Of a stretch of DNA of 64,000 bases, positions 1 to 9,616 are shown one piece after another. How positions within the stretch are numbered: position 1 is the stretch's first letter; every line of letters begins with the position of its first letter. The notes under the pieces are model-generated. The model was not told the origin of the DNA, made no database searches, and worked only from the letters and a program-made list of their open reading frames with translations. The stretch is from Candidatus Dojkabacteria bacterium (GTDB lineage Bacteria; Patescibacteriota; Dojkabacteria; GCA-002793355), in assembly GCA_030583825.1 (NCBI GenBank), contig CP129477.1, forward strand, positions 758,294 through 822,293. Direction: 5' to 3'. The position numbers were made by a program, and so were the translations under genes.

Positions 1-434
1 CAGTAGGGGAGTATAGTGTCCCCTTTACGTACAATATAGGTTTTTATGTAGGACTACGACAAAGAGAACTATACGAGCTATAAGTCTTATAAAAAGACAA
101 AGATTTCATGCTTACAGCTAAAAGCCGTGTCATACATTTTAGGTCACTTTGCTTCTGGCTGAATTTACGGCATTATAAATGGATTTTTAGCTATAAATAG
201 TTACAGTTTTTTTCTGCAAAACAATGCATTCTTAAAATGCGAATCAATATAAATCGCTGATAAAAGGGGAGAGCACTATACTCTACTTTTTGGTATTAAA
301 CTTTCCTTCTGTAAAAAATAACGAATCATTTCGATTTCTCTGGGAATCTCGTAAATGTAGATAAGTTATCCACTATAGAATCCTTCACGCTCTAAGTTAA
401 TGAATTCTCTCCTAAATAACACTTTGTTATCCCA

Positions 435-452
435 TGCTATAATGATCATATG
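435..452 (+). promoter_or_regulatory. Extended -10 promoter (TGcTATAAT at 435-443) 6 nt upstream of the ruvA ATG; probable leaderless transcript
   Basis: TGCTATAAT-gatcat-ATG with no Shine-Dalgarno between -10 and start. The same architecture recurs at several other genes in the window. Confidence 0.45.
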
Positions 453-1061
453 ATTGGATTTATTCGAGGAACACTCTTACAAAGCTTTCCAAGTGGTAAA
501 AAAAGTTTCACGGTGACCTTGTGGCCCTATGAATCACTTTCTCAAAACGGACTTGGATACTCTGTCTATATTTCTGCACACACTGCAGCAAAATTAACAC
601 CTGGTGAAGTTGTAGAACTCTGGACGCACCAAGTTTCCACAGATCAGGAGTCTTATGTTATTGGAGTAGAGTCTCAGCGCAAACTTATGTTGTTTTTTAA
701 ACTTATCTCAGTGTCGGGAGTTGGGCCTAAAAGTGCACTTCAGATCATTGACGAGCTTGGATCAGACGGATTACTTGAAGCGGTTCAGGAAAAGAATGTG
801 ACGACAATATCAAAAGTTCCCGGAATCGGAACAAAAACAGCACAGAAAATTATTCTTGAACTGTCCGGGGCACTCGTTATGGAGCAAGAAGGTACCGGAT
901 ATATGGGTCAAATTCAACAGATGTTACTCTCACTTGGGTATAAAGACAAAGAAGCTATAGATATAATGAATAAATCCCGTGATGAGCTTGAAGAAGCTGC
1001 AAAAACAACCACAGATGCCGGTGAATTACTCAGAATAGTGTTACGAAAGCTTACAAAATGA
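450..1061 (+). CDS. ruvA: Holliday junction DNA helicase RuvA
   Basis: 203 aa. Starts MIGFIRG like canonical RuvA. Two helix-hairpin-helix motifs (VSGVGPKSALQII and VPGIGTKTAQKIILEL). Immediately followed by ruvB. Confidence 0.85.
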   Translation: MIGFIRGTLLQSFPSGKKSFTVTLWPYESLSQNGLGYSVYISAHTAAKLTPGEVVELWTHQVSTDQESYVIGVESQRKLMLFFKLISVSGVGPKSALQIIDELGSDGLLEAVQEKNVTTISKVPGIGTKTAQKIILELSGALVMEQEGTGYMGQIQQMLLSLGYKDKEAIDIMNKSRDELEEAAKTTTDAGELLRIVLRKLTK

Positions 1062-1075
1062 GGTAGAATGTAACT

Positions 1076-2119
1076 ATGATTTCAGAACAAACGCTTCCGC
1101 AGGACGAACGCCATCCTATTCAGGATCTTGCGCTTGAGTCCGAATCTACGGGCACAGAAAACGTCGAAGAGATAAGTATCCGACCTCGGTTTCTTGCAGA
1201 ATTAATTGGCCGAGAGCGTGAAAAAGAAGTACTTAACCTACTTATGAGCCCAGTTAAGGCGGGAAATCAAAAGCATGTTGATCATATTCTTTTCTATGGC
1301 CCCCCAGGCTTGGGTAAGACTACATTTGCAAATATCGTTGCCAACGAGCTGGGTGTAAATATGAAAATAACCTCTGGGCCGGCAATTGAGCGCCAGGGAG
1401 ATATTGTCGCCCTACTTACAAACCTTGCCGAAGGAGATGTTCTTTTTATTGATGAGATCCACAGAATGCGTAAAAATATTGAAGAAGTGCTGTATCCTGC
1501 TATGGAAGATTTTAAAGTTGATATTATGATGGGACAAGGGCCAGGAGCACAATCGGTGCGCCTTTCTCTTCCGCGATTTACACTTGTGGGTGCAACAACT
1601 CGTATTGGAATGCTTTCATCTCCACTGCGAGACCGTTTTGGAGCTCATATTCACCTTGATTTCTTTTCTAACGATGAATTAATCTCTCTCTTAAGAAGAA
1701 TCTTGAAAAACGAGCAAATTGACGTTGAGGCAGATGCACTTTTAGAAATTGCTAAACGATCTCGAGGTACAGCACGTATTGCAATCAGACTTTTACGAAG
1801 AGTTAAGGAATATATGCTTGCAAACGCCCATAATAACGTTGTGACGCTCAAAATGGCTCAAAAAACCCTTTCTCTTCTTGGAATTGACTCTTTAGGCCTC
1901 GACGATTTAGACAGAAAAATACTTCAGAGCATTTTTGCCAAGTTTGAAGGTGGCCCAGTAGGAATTAAAACTTTAGCAGCAGCTCTCTCTGAAGACGAAG
2001 AAACAATTGAAGACGTTTATGAACCTTACCTTATGCGTGCAGGACTTTTAAAGAGAACTCCTCGTGGCAGAATTATTACAGAGCATGCTGTGCGTCATTT
2101 GGAAATAACTGAGGTATAA
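1076..2119 (+). CDS. ruvB: Holliday junction ATP-dependent DNA helicase RuvB
   Basis: 347 aa. Walker A GPPGLGKTT, Walker B/sensor DVLFIDEIHR, AAA+ lid and winged-helix C-terminus. 14 nt after ruvA. Confidence 0.9.
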   Translation: MISEQTLPQDERHPIQDLALESESTGTENVEEISIRPRFLAELIGREREKEVLNLLMSPVKAGNQKHVDHILFYGPPGLGKTTFANIVANELGVNMKITSGPAIERQGDIVALLTNLAEGDVLFIDEIHRMRKNIEEVLYPAMEDFKVDIMMGQGPGAQSVRLSLPRFTLVGATTRIGMLSSPLRDRFGAHIHLDFFSNDELISLLRRILKNEQIDVEADALLEIAKRSRGTARIAIRLLRRVKEYMLANAHNNVVTLKMAQKTLSLLGIDSLGLDDLDRKILQSIFAKFEGGPVGIKTLAAALSEDEETIEDVYEPYLMRAGLLKRTPRGRIITEHAVRHLEITEV

Positions 2120-2126
2120 TACTGCT

Positions 2127-3074
2127 ATGGAAGAGACCAATTCATCGTTTAATTCTCAAAACATCGCAGATCTTAACCCATGGCAGATGCTTAAGCATCA
2201 GTTTTCCCAGCTAAGAACAAATGTTCTTTTGATTACATCGCCGGGAAACAAGCAATTCCGCGATATCTCAAAGCGTTTCAGGTTAATGCTTATCTCGTTT
2301 CTGATCCCTTCGATTTTTCTAGTATTAAAGGTGTTTCTTATTGAAGAAGTAACGTCTCTGTATGTTTGGATTGGTATAAGCTTCGCTCTTTCCGTGATTA
2401 CATACTTGCTTTCTTTGTGGGGGTTAAAGTTCCAAATCAGAAAAGAGTCCTACATGTCAGTGTTGAACTTACCGCCATTATTTGTTTTTACTGTTACGTT
2501 GTTTATTTCTCTCGTATTTTTAGGGCCGTTAAACCGTATCTACTTGCTTGCTACGTTTATTCTTTGTATCGCCATAATAATGGTGCTTTTGTACATTCTT
2601 TTACTTGCAGTAAATGTATTGAACGTCAACCTCTTTTATGTGATTCCATTGGGAAAGCTGGCAGAAACTCTACAATACTTTTACTCGGTGATTTGCACGT
2701 TTTTAATGACCTTCTCAACTGCATGGATTTTATTCCACACTGTAGTAACAGATATATGGCTTGCGATTCTCGGTGCTGTGGTGCTTTTTGTGGTACTCAC
2801 AATTATGTTCTTTGAAACGATCTATTATTACACTCCTGTACAAGGTGGAACGCTGCTTTTTTCGATACTTTTAAGCCTTGTAATGATGATTTCCCTCGGT
2901 ATTTACGCTATTTTGTTGCCTTATATGTTCCTTGCATGCATTATTGTGAGTCTGCAAGTCTATGTGATGCTGGGGTTGATGATCCATAAGTCACAAAATA
3001 CATTAAAAGTGCAGATTTATATCGAATATATGGTAATATTTGGACTTATTTTGCTTACAATATTGCTTATCTAG
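2127..3074 (+). CDS. polytopic membrane protein of unknown function
   Basis: 315 aa with about 8 strongly hydrophobic segments; starts 8 nt after the ruvB stop. No recognisable catalytic motif. Confidence 0.5.
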   Translation: MEETNSSFNSQNIADLNPWQMLKHQFSQLRTNVLLITSPGNKQFRDISKRFRLMLISFLIPSIFLVLKVFLIEEVTSLYVWIGISFALSVITYLLSLWGLKFQIRKESYMSVLNLPPLFVFTVTLFISLVFLGPLNRIYLLATFILCIAIIMVLLYILLLAVNVLNVNLFYVIPLGKLAETLQYFYSVICTFLMTFSTAWILFHTVVTDIWLAILGAVVLFVVLTIMFFETIYYYTPVQGGTLLFSILLSLVMMISLGIYAILLPYMFLACIIVSLQVYVMLGLMIHKSQNTLKVQIYIEYMVIFGLILLTILLI

Positions 3075-3359
3075 TTTTTCACTTTATGCCGGAAGAATGG
3101 GGAAGAGGAGAGGGAAGAGAGGAGTTGTGGATAACTAATAGTCCTATAGTAAATATACCCTATAGTTTTTAATATATTCTAGCAAAAGCTACTTTATAAA
3201 ACGTTCGGAAGAGACCCTAATTTCAGTTAAATTAATGATTTTTGAAGAGAGAAATTATTCTATTTTTGATTTTCCACTCTCTTTTTTAATGCTTAGGAGC
3301 AAAAATTTCGGATTCAAGCATTTTGCCCAAATTTGTAAACGTTTTGAGCTCTTCTTAAA

Positions 3360-3385
3360 CTGAGTATAATCTCCCTTATACTCAG
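3360..3385. terminator. perfect 10-bp inverted repeat (CTGAGTATAA-n6-TTATACTCAG) between convergent genes
   Basis: Seen directly in the sequence. Sits in the 470-nt AT-rich gap between the + gene ending at 3074 and the - gene ending at 3544. No clear U-tract, so terminator function is inferred only from position. Confidence 0.3.
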
Positions 3386-3543
3386 TACAGTTGTCAAGAC
3401 AGCACTCTTCCATTGCTGGTTTGTTTCCAAATTACGGTTTGAATTTTGTATTTTATTTCTCTCTTTTTTCACTTAATTTCCCCTAAATAAAATGAAATTT
3501 TTCGATTAATTCGGAAAAAATCCTATAATTGGTAAAATCCCTC

Positions 3544-6500
3544 TTACGGCCTGGCTCCTTGTGGTTGTCTTCCGCCTCTATTGCCACTTCCTGCTCCTGC
3601 TCGACCTCTATTATTGCCCCCATTACCGCTCCCTCTGCCGCCACCTGATCGTTGTTGGCCACCTGACGGAGGTGCTCCCGGTTGAGGAGTTTGTTGTCTC
3701 GGTGTCTGCTGATATTGAGCCTGTGGAACCACCTGAACCTTCTTTTTCCTCGGTCTAAAGAAGAAAGGCATTAAAATCGCGCCAAGACCCGCCACATATA
3801 AGCCGGTAGGATCCATATTAAGATGATCAATGTTTGGGTCAGGTGTAAGAAGCCCGTTTAAAAGCCCTGGTAAGTTGGTGGATGTTGGGGTAAGTGATTC
3901 AGCTCCTGCGATGTCATTGTATCGAAGGAACGGTGCGTTTCCATCGGCCATATTGTTTGCAACATTAATAATTTCTGGATTTAGATATTCACTGGAAAGC
4001 GCAACACCGCTTAATTGAAGTGTGCCATCGTGGCTAAGCGGAATAAACATGTCTCGATCAAAGCCATTTCCGCCTAAATCGGCGACTGCATACGTTACGC
4101 CTTCAGAAGTTTGAATTATGTCGGTAATATGGGTATTTAAAGCCATTTCCCGAGGCATTCCGTTTTCCATAAGCTGTCCTTGGAGTCTATCGTCAAGCGC
4201 ACCCATTCGAGCTTCGAATGCCTGCTGTGCCGGAGTACTGCTTGTGTGAAGAGTCTCTGCAATACCTTGTGCAGCGCTTACAATCTGTGGGCCAAAGCCT
4301 CCAACAACCTTGCCGACCTGATACGCAGCAAATACACCAACTGCGATTGCCTCTCCACGTTGAATTCGTCTATCCGCATTTTCGATTTCCTGTTGTACTG
4401 TTTTAAACGATTCTTGCATTGCAGCATTCATTCCTTGAGGTGTAAGGACTTCTTCAATAAATTTAGTGATTTGAACTGCTTCATCCCAACGCTTTGCTTT
4501 TTGAAGCTCTCTTTTAAACTTCATGATTTCTTCGTGTGTTCTAAAGTTCGCGTTATTGCCTTGAGGATCTTTATAGTACTCATTCAGCTTTGCAGCTATT
4601 GCTTGAACCTGTGCAGAATCGGCATTTTGCAGAACAGTTTCGAGGTTTTGATCAAAATTCGCAAAGGCCGCGCGCGCAATTTTTCGTGCGGCAACTTTCG
4701 CATCAGTTTCTATCGTAGCTTTCCATACTTCCAATACTAAGTCCGCGCCCAACCTAACAGCAAGATTCCCAGGGAAGGGGATAGCAATCGCAGCCGCATT
4801 TAACGCTGCTCCACCTACAGCTGCAACAAGTGCGCGCCTTCCAAGTGCCTTTTTACCTTCTTTCCCTGCAGCTTCCGCCTGTTGTCTATATGTTTTATAT
4901 GCTCGTTTTGCTCCATATAAGGCGACAAGAGCTCCTCCGATTGCAACAATTGGTGCAGTAACTGGTGCTGTTGTTGTAGCAACGGTAACACCAACAGTCA
5001 TTGCGACGCTTACAACAACTTGTTTTACAACTTTCGGCATTGACGACGTAACAACGTCAATAACTCTTGGGCGTCTCATCTGCTCCACTTCTTTGCGGAA
5101 CTTATCAAGCTCCGCTGCCGTCATATTTTTTGCTTCAAATTTTGCTTGAACGGTGGCAATAAACGATATTATTGATCGCGTCTGTTTTTCCTTTTTTGCA
5201 TTTTGCTCGGCTTCTGCCGGTGTTGTCTTTGGTTCATCTTCTTTTCTGTATGCTTCTGCAATAATAAAGCGCCTCGCTCTCCCGTAAATACGGGCGGGAT
5301 GCCTTTCTGCTTCCTGATTTTTCATATTTCGCATACGATTTCTCACGATAACGAGGTGAGGTGGCTTCACGCCATCACCTTCGGCGCGGACGATGCGTTC
5401 TGTAAAGCGATATGCTGGTCTTCTTACATTAATATTTCGGAGTTCACCTAATTCCTGAACAAGCACCTGCCTTGCATGTCTATAAGCGAATATTGCGCGC
5501 TCTCTTTGGCCTTGATCTAACTGTTGAGCTCTTTCTCTTCCCATATATGCATTCAGGCGTCCTTCAGTAGTCGGATGTTGTATAATTTCGCGCATATGTG
5601 CTGCGTTACCAATCTCACGATACATGTGCCACATTCTATTTACTGCCATACGTTTGTTATCACCACCAGGTTTATTCACAATCAAAGCTCGGACGACGGC
5701 TCTTGCATTTTCCCTTTGTTCGTCCTTATCTGCTGGCTTATAGGCAAGTCCATGAATATTTCTCGCAATGTCTTGTGCTCTCCCATTACGCTTTACGTTT
5801 CCTGTGCGTATTTCATCGTCTGTGTTGGCAACAATAATGTGGAGAGTATGGATTCCGTGAATATAGTGTCGAGCTTTTGAATAATTTCTTGCATGAGGGG
5901 TGACCTCGGTAGTAACTTCTCCCAAAAGAAGAAGGTTTTCTCTAATCTGATCAAGCCTTTCTCTCTGTGCTATGCGATTTGTCATTCTTCCTGCATCTAA
6001 AATAACAAGTCGGTAAGCCTCTGCTTGCGCCGGAGTTAATCCATTATCATACCCTTCCAATTCTGCAACAGCTTTTATAAGTAGTTGTTGCTCAATGGCC
6101 AGTTCGTGGGCGCGAATATCAGCGTTTCTATTGGTCATTTCACGAATAATTTGTCCACTTCTTCCTGCGAGATTTGCTCCACGTAATTTGTCTTGTGCTT
6201 CTTGAGAAGCTTCAATCTTTGCGGCAAATTCTTCTGTAGAACCTTTTTTTGTAATGATAGGAACGTATGCAACCATCGCATCCATTATTTCATAGGCGTT
6301 TTCTGGGTTATCTTGCATCGCTCTCGTGGTAAGCAAAAGAATTCTGTCACCTGTTCTTTTATTCCTGTGTGCTGTTGCGTCATTTGTGAGCTCTTGTGCA
6401 TTGTCTGGTACTAAGCCTTTAAATAGTGTGCGTGGGTTTTTCCATTCGGTAAGATCTGCGCTTTGTGATACTGCCCGGCGACTCATTGTAATGGTAAATT

Positions 6501-7521
6501 CCTCTGGTTCCTGTGTTCCATCTCTTTGAACTACATTTGGGTTAATTCCCATTTCTTCAACTGCGTAGCGACGAACCAATGCCCCCATAATGGCTGCAAA
6601 TGAATCAACCGACTGATTTTTATTGTCCAAGTGTCCCGGCATTAACGCAACAAGATCAAGTTCTTCGCCAGGTTTTACATTACTTAATGCGGCAAGCACT
6701 GCTGCGGCATCTTGGGGGTTTCTCAGTAAATAGAGTTGAATTGCAATGCTTAACAATTCTCTATCGCGTTGGTTTTTTTGTTGCTTGCTGTGCTCTTCTA
6801 CTGCAGGGTATCCTCTGTGCTCTCCATCTTTAAGTGTGGCCTCTACCGAGACGTTTCGCGCGACGTTATCAATGATAGCGCTTAGGTTTTTCCTTTCGCC
6901 TTTGGCATCTGGCAGGGTTTGACCATACATGGCATCTAAAAGAATTCTTGCATTCTGGCCAAGCTGTCGTAAAGTGCGATTTTCTTGGTTTATATCGGTT
7001 AGCCCTTCAATTGAAGCCGCGTTTAAAGGTACCCTTCCTCCTACTTCTTTTCCATTATTGCTATATAGCTTTCTTTTGTCCGATTTTGGCGGGACTCTGA
7101 ATTTATCGAGTCCGACGTCATTATCTGATTCTTCGTATGCCTCGAATATTGGGCATCCAACTTCTTTAATTGCATCAAGTCCACTATCTATTGGATCAAT
7201 GAGATCTTCAACAAGCTCATTTGCTTCTTCTGCTTCTAAATTTCTCTTTTTTGACTTATCGTTTTCAACTCGTTGGCGGGCTCGATCTTTCGCTTCATCT
7301 TCTTCTCTTTCTGTGAGAATTGCTTTTGCAAAAAGTCGTACGACTACTTTCCTGTCGTTTTCTTCTTCCATTCCTGAAGGCGCCACAAACTCGGGCAAAT
7401 CAACGCGTGCCGCAGGCTCGTTATCAAGTATTTCGAGAATTTCGGTAGGAGTTGCTTTTTGTAACTCGGCTTCTGTTACTTCGGGTGAATATCCACTTTC
7501 TGGGGCGGCTGCTCTCATCAT
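3544..7521 (-). CDS. very large hypothetical protein (1325 aa) with two central TM helices and an Arg/Gly-rich (RGG-like) C-terminal tail
   Basis: Single uninterrupted ORF. Hydrophobic segments VVVSVAMTVGVTVATTTAPVTAPIVAIGGALVALY and ALVAAVGGAALNAAAIAIPF. The C-terminal 45 aa are GGRGSGNGGNNRGRAGAGSGNRGGRQPQGARP-like. A His-rich HYIHGIHTLHIIVAN segment weakly resembles the relaxase HxH motif but is not convincing. Its start overlaps the upstream gene by ATGA. Confidence 0.55.
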   Translation of the reverse strand: MMRAAAPESGYSPEVTEAELQKATPTEILEILDNEPAARVDLPEFVAPSGMEEENDRKVVVRLFAKAILTEREEDEAKDRARQRVENDKSKKRNLEAEEANELVEDLIDPIDSGLDAIKEVGCPIFEAYEESDNDVGLDKFRVPPKSDKRKLYSNNGKEVGGRVPLNAASIEGLTDINQENRTLRQLGQNARILLDAMYGQTLPDAKGERKNLSAIIDNVARNVSVEATLKDGEHRGYPAVEEHSKQQKNQRDRELLSIAIQLYLLRNPQDAAAVLAALSNVKPGEELDLVALMPGHLDNKNQSVDSFAAIMGALVRRYAVEEMGINPNVVQRDGTQEPEEFTITMSRRAVSQSADLTEWKNPRTLFKGLVPDNAQELTNDATAHRNKRTGDRILLLTTRAMQDNPENAYEIMDAMVAYVPIITKKGSTEEFAAKIEASQEAQDKLRGANLAGRSGQIIREMTNRNADIRAHELAIEQQLLIKAVAELEGYDNGLTPAQAEAYRLVILDAGRMTNRIAQRERLDQIRENLLLLGEVTTEVTPHARNYSKARHYIHGIHTLHIIVANTDDEIRTGNVKRNGRAQDIARNIHGLAYKPADKDEQRENARAVVRALIVNKPGGDNKRMAVNRMWHMYREIGNAAHMREIIQHPTTEGRLNAYMGRERAQQLDQGQRERAIFAYRHARQVLVQELGELRNINVRRPAYRFTERIVRAEGDGVKPPHLVIVRNRMRNMKNQEAERHPARIYGRARRFIIAEAYRKEDEPKTTPAEAEQNAKKEKQTRSIISFIATVQAKFEAKNMTAAELDKFRKEVEQMRRPRVIDVVTSSMPKVVKQVVVSVAMTVGVTVATTTAPVTAPIVAIGGALVALYGAKRAYKTYRQQAEAAGKEGKKALGRRALVAAVGGAALNAAAIAIPFPGNLAVRLGADLVLEVWKATIETDAKVAARKIARAAFANFDQNLETVLQNADSAQVQAIAAKLNEYYKDPQGNNANFRTHEEIMKFKRELQKAKRWDEAVQITKFIEEVLTPQGMNAAMQESFKTVQQEIENADRRIQRGEAIAVGVFAAYQVGKVVGGFGPQIVSAAQGIAETLHTSSTPAQQAFEARMGALDDRLQGQLMENGMPREMALNTHITDIIQTSEGVTYAVADLGGNGFDRDMFIPLSHDGTLQLSGVALSSEYLNPEIINVANNMADGNAPFLRYNDIAGAESLTPTSTNLPGLLNGLLTPDPNIDHLNMDPTGLYVAGLGAILMPFFFRPRKKKVQVVPQAQYQQTPRQQTPQPGAPPSGGQQRSGGGRGSGNGGNNRGRAGAGSGNRGGRQPQGARP

Positions 7522-8171
7522 GGTGTGTCATTTGCTAGGGTTATTACGTCTGGTTGTGGAATATTGTTTTGTGATTGGGGCGATACAAGAAACTCAAGAG
7601 CCCCAGACATATCTCCATCTGCGAGAAGACCTGATAATTGAGTAACTTCCGTCTCTGAGAGCTTTTCAAGCAACTCTTCATATTGGAGTTTTGTCTCAAT
7701 TTCCTGCTGGTACTCGTCAACAATATTGCCAATGATGTCGTCCATAAATTCGTCGAGACTCTTGTTAAATGCATTTTTTGTATAGAAATCCAAAAGCAGA
7801 ATAACCTGAAAAATACTCGGGTCGTTTGACATAACTTCTTCCCAATGTGCGCGAACTTCTTCATCCATGCTTGATACAATTTTTTGCAAAGTTGTATGGT
7901 AAACCAATGCGGTAATTCCCTTCATAAACTCGTTAATAACATCCTCTGGGACGCTACGCTTTCTGAGTAGGTTCAAGTAAGAGGTAAATTTTTTCTGTGC
8001 TGCTGAGAGTTCAAAAGTCTCCGGAGGGGTTGCCTCAAGCATATCTGCAAGCTCTTTATTTTCTGTGGTTGGAGTTTTACGCAATGTCGCCGCGTATTCT
8101 TTTACCGCGTCAGGAGAAAGAAAGTACATTGACTTCCAATCGAAATTTGTTTGTTGCGAGGCAGTCGCCAT
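7518..8171 (-). CDS. hypothetical protein (217 aa), co-operonic with the 1325-aa protein
   Basis: ORF whose stop overlaps the start of the downstream gene by 4 nt (ATGA). Acidic, probably a soluble protein. Confidence 0.5.
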   Translation of the reverse strand: MATASQQTNFDWKSMYFLSPDAVKEYAATLRKTPTTENKELADMLEATPPETFELSAAQKKFTSYLNLLRKRSVPEDVINEFMKGITALVYHTTLQKIVSSMDEEVRAHWEEVMSNDPSIFQVILLLDFYTKNAFNKSLDEFMDDIIGNIVDEYQQEIETKLQYEELLEKLSETEVTQLSGLLADGDMSGALEFLVSPQSQNNIPQPDVITLANDTP

Positions 8172-8301
8172 ACAACATACTACCCTACTTTTGCGGAGTT
8201 GTGAAGCATATTCGCAAATGAAAAAGAGATTGCTAGAAGTGATTTTTTCAGTTGGTATTTCAGATTCCTATAAAAATATGGTCGGTGTTATAATGTTTAT
8301 A

Positions 8302-9441
8302 ATGAGAAAACTACGAATAGAAGATGTTCTTGCTGACACTTCTTTAGCAAAGCTAGATAAACAAAATGAATTTATTCTTCACCTCTTTAATGACAATTAT
8401 AGCGAAGAAACGGTATATAACTACAATCGTGACCTCAGTTTTTTTGCAGAATTTTTAAAAGAAAACTCTACTCCATTCGATCGTATTACAAAAGTAACTA
8501 TTACATACTTTAAAGGATGGATAAAACAGCGCCGACATGTACAAAAAAAGAATACAAAGGAGACTGCTAAAACTGAAAATCCGAAAAATGGGGATAAAGT
8601 TCAACTTAGCAATGGCGTTACTGTGGCACAAAGACGTACAGATTCTACAGAAGACTCCAAAAAAGGCGGAAAAATGAAAAAGCAAATGTATAAAGGCGGA
8701 TATGTAAAAAATAACAATCCCGAAGTTTTAGACGCAATGAGCATTAATAGAATTCTTGTATCATTACGAAATTTTATGAAATTCCTTGTCGAATTTGACT
8801 ATGAAACGCCTCTTGCCCCTGATGCTGTGCAATTAGTAAGAGTTCCAAAGAAGAAACCTCAAGTTCCAACACTCGAAGAAGTGCTTGCTCTCGTAGAATC
8901 CCCTTCTAGCCTTGAATTTGACGATATTATTCGATTAAGAAATCGTGCAATGCTCGAGACTCTTTTGGCAACCGGGATGCGTATTTCCGAGCTTTTAAGT
9001 GTGAATAGAAATCAACTTAACTCTGATGGAAAACTTTTTATCACTGGTAAAGGAAGAAAGCAGCGGTTTGCGTACTTAACAGCCCGAGCGACTGAGCATA
9101 TTCAAGCATACTTGCAAATAAGAAACGATCCCTACCCTGCGCTCTTTATTCCCACAAGAGGAAGTCGTCTTGCAGGAAGTGATCCTCGTGTTTCGACGAA
9201 CTACTTGCAAATGAAAATTGCAGAATATCGCCGATTGCTGGAAATTGTTGTTCCTATCAGTGCTCACACTATTCGTCATGCATTTGCTACCTATCTTGCA
9301 GAAAATGGTGCAAATCCCGCTGCAATTCAAGTATTACTAGGCCATGAAAGTTTGCAAACCACAACGCGATACGTTCATGCAAGTGACAAATTTGCCGAAG
9401 AAACCCACCACGAATACCACCCCGTAGCAGTTACTGATTAG
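8302..9441 (+). CDS. tyrosine site-specific recombinase, XerC/XerD/integrase family, with a ~100-aa insertion between the core-binding and catalytic domains
   Basis: N-terminal core-binding motif ETVYNYNRDLSFFAEFL. Catalytic R (ATGMRISELL), HxxR (HTIRHAFAT) and Tyr (TTRYVH). Start chosen at ATG 8302, which lies 7 nt after TGTTATAAT (8286-8294) in the leaderless pattern. The upstream in-frame extension to 8065 would overlap the divergent gene and is rejected. Alternative starts are 8218, 8279 and 8293. Confidence 0.75.
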   Translation: MRKLRIEDVLADTSLAKLDKQNEFILHLFNDNYSEETVYNYNRDLSFFAEFLKENSTPFDRITKVTITYFKGWIKQRRHVQKKNTKETAKTENPKNGDKVQLSNGVTVAQRRTDSTEDSKKGGKMKKQMYKGGYVKNNNPEVLDAMSINRILVSLRNFMKFLVEFDYETPLAPDAVQLVRVPKKKPQVPTLEEVLALVESPSSLEFDDIIRLRNRAMLETLLATGMRISELLSVNRNQLNSDGKLFITGKGRKQRFAYLTARATEHIQAYLQIRNDPYPALFIPTRGSRLAGSDPRVSTNYLQMKIAEYRRLLEIVVPISAHTIRHAFATYLAENGANPAAIQVLLGHESLQTTTRYVHASDKFAEETHHEYHPVAVTD

Positions 9442-9523
9442 ACGTGAGTTTGAATAATAAAGCGCGAGAATGATGAGTAGAAAGCACGCGATAAAGAAGT
9501 TCTAACAACTGCTTGTTTTTATT

Positions 9524-9616
9524 GCCTAAGAATATTGGGGAGGCGGCACGCAGGTTGTAGCGAGCTTGCGAGCGTTAAACAACCGAGTACTTCCGCCGAC
9601 GAAAGACTTCTTAGGC
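9524..9616. other. GC-rich nested stem structure (GCCTAAGAA...GGCGG...GTTGT...ACAAC...CCGCC...TTCTTAGGC) between the convergent recombinase and gyrA genes
   Basis: A 9-bp outer stem plus two inner stems, seen directly. GC-rich relative to the flanks. No U-tract on either strand, so not a canonical intrinsic terminator. Could be a bidirectional terminator, a protein-binding site or a small structured RNA. Confidence 0.3.

Noticed and set aside
9-283. 10-nt inverted repeat GAGTATAGTG (9-18) / CACTATACTC (274-283) flanking ~250 bp upstream of ruvA, considered as an invertible promoter switch
   Set aside because: A 10-mer inverted pair within a few hundred bp is expected by chance many times in 64 kb of AT-rich DNA. 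No adjacent recombinase. The region is at the window edge.
2366-2815. 149-aa ORF in an alternative frame inside the 2127..3074 membrane protein gene
   Set aside because: Fully nested in a longer same-strand ORF with coherent TM topology; no independent start signals.
3544-7521. Calling the 1325-aa protein a conjugative relaxase on the basis of HTLHIIVAN
   Set aside because: Only a short His-x-His-hydrophobic-N resemblance to relaxase motif III. No motif I Tyr context, no HxDxD/TSR element and no coupling protein or T4SS genes nearby. Kept as hypothetical.
8065-8301. N-terminal extension of the recombinase ORF to 8065
   Set aside because: It would overlap the divergent 217-aa gene by about 100 nt and add residues with no similarity to the Xer N-terminus. 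A TGTTATAAT box sits 7 nt before ATG 8302.
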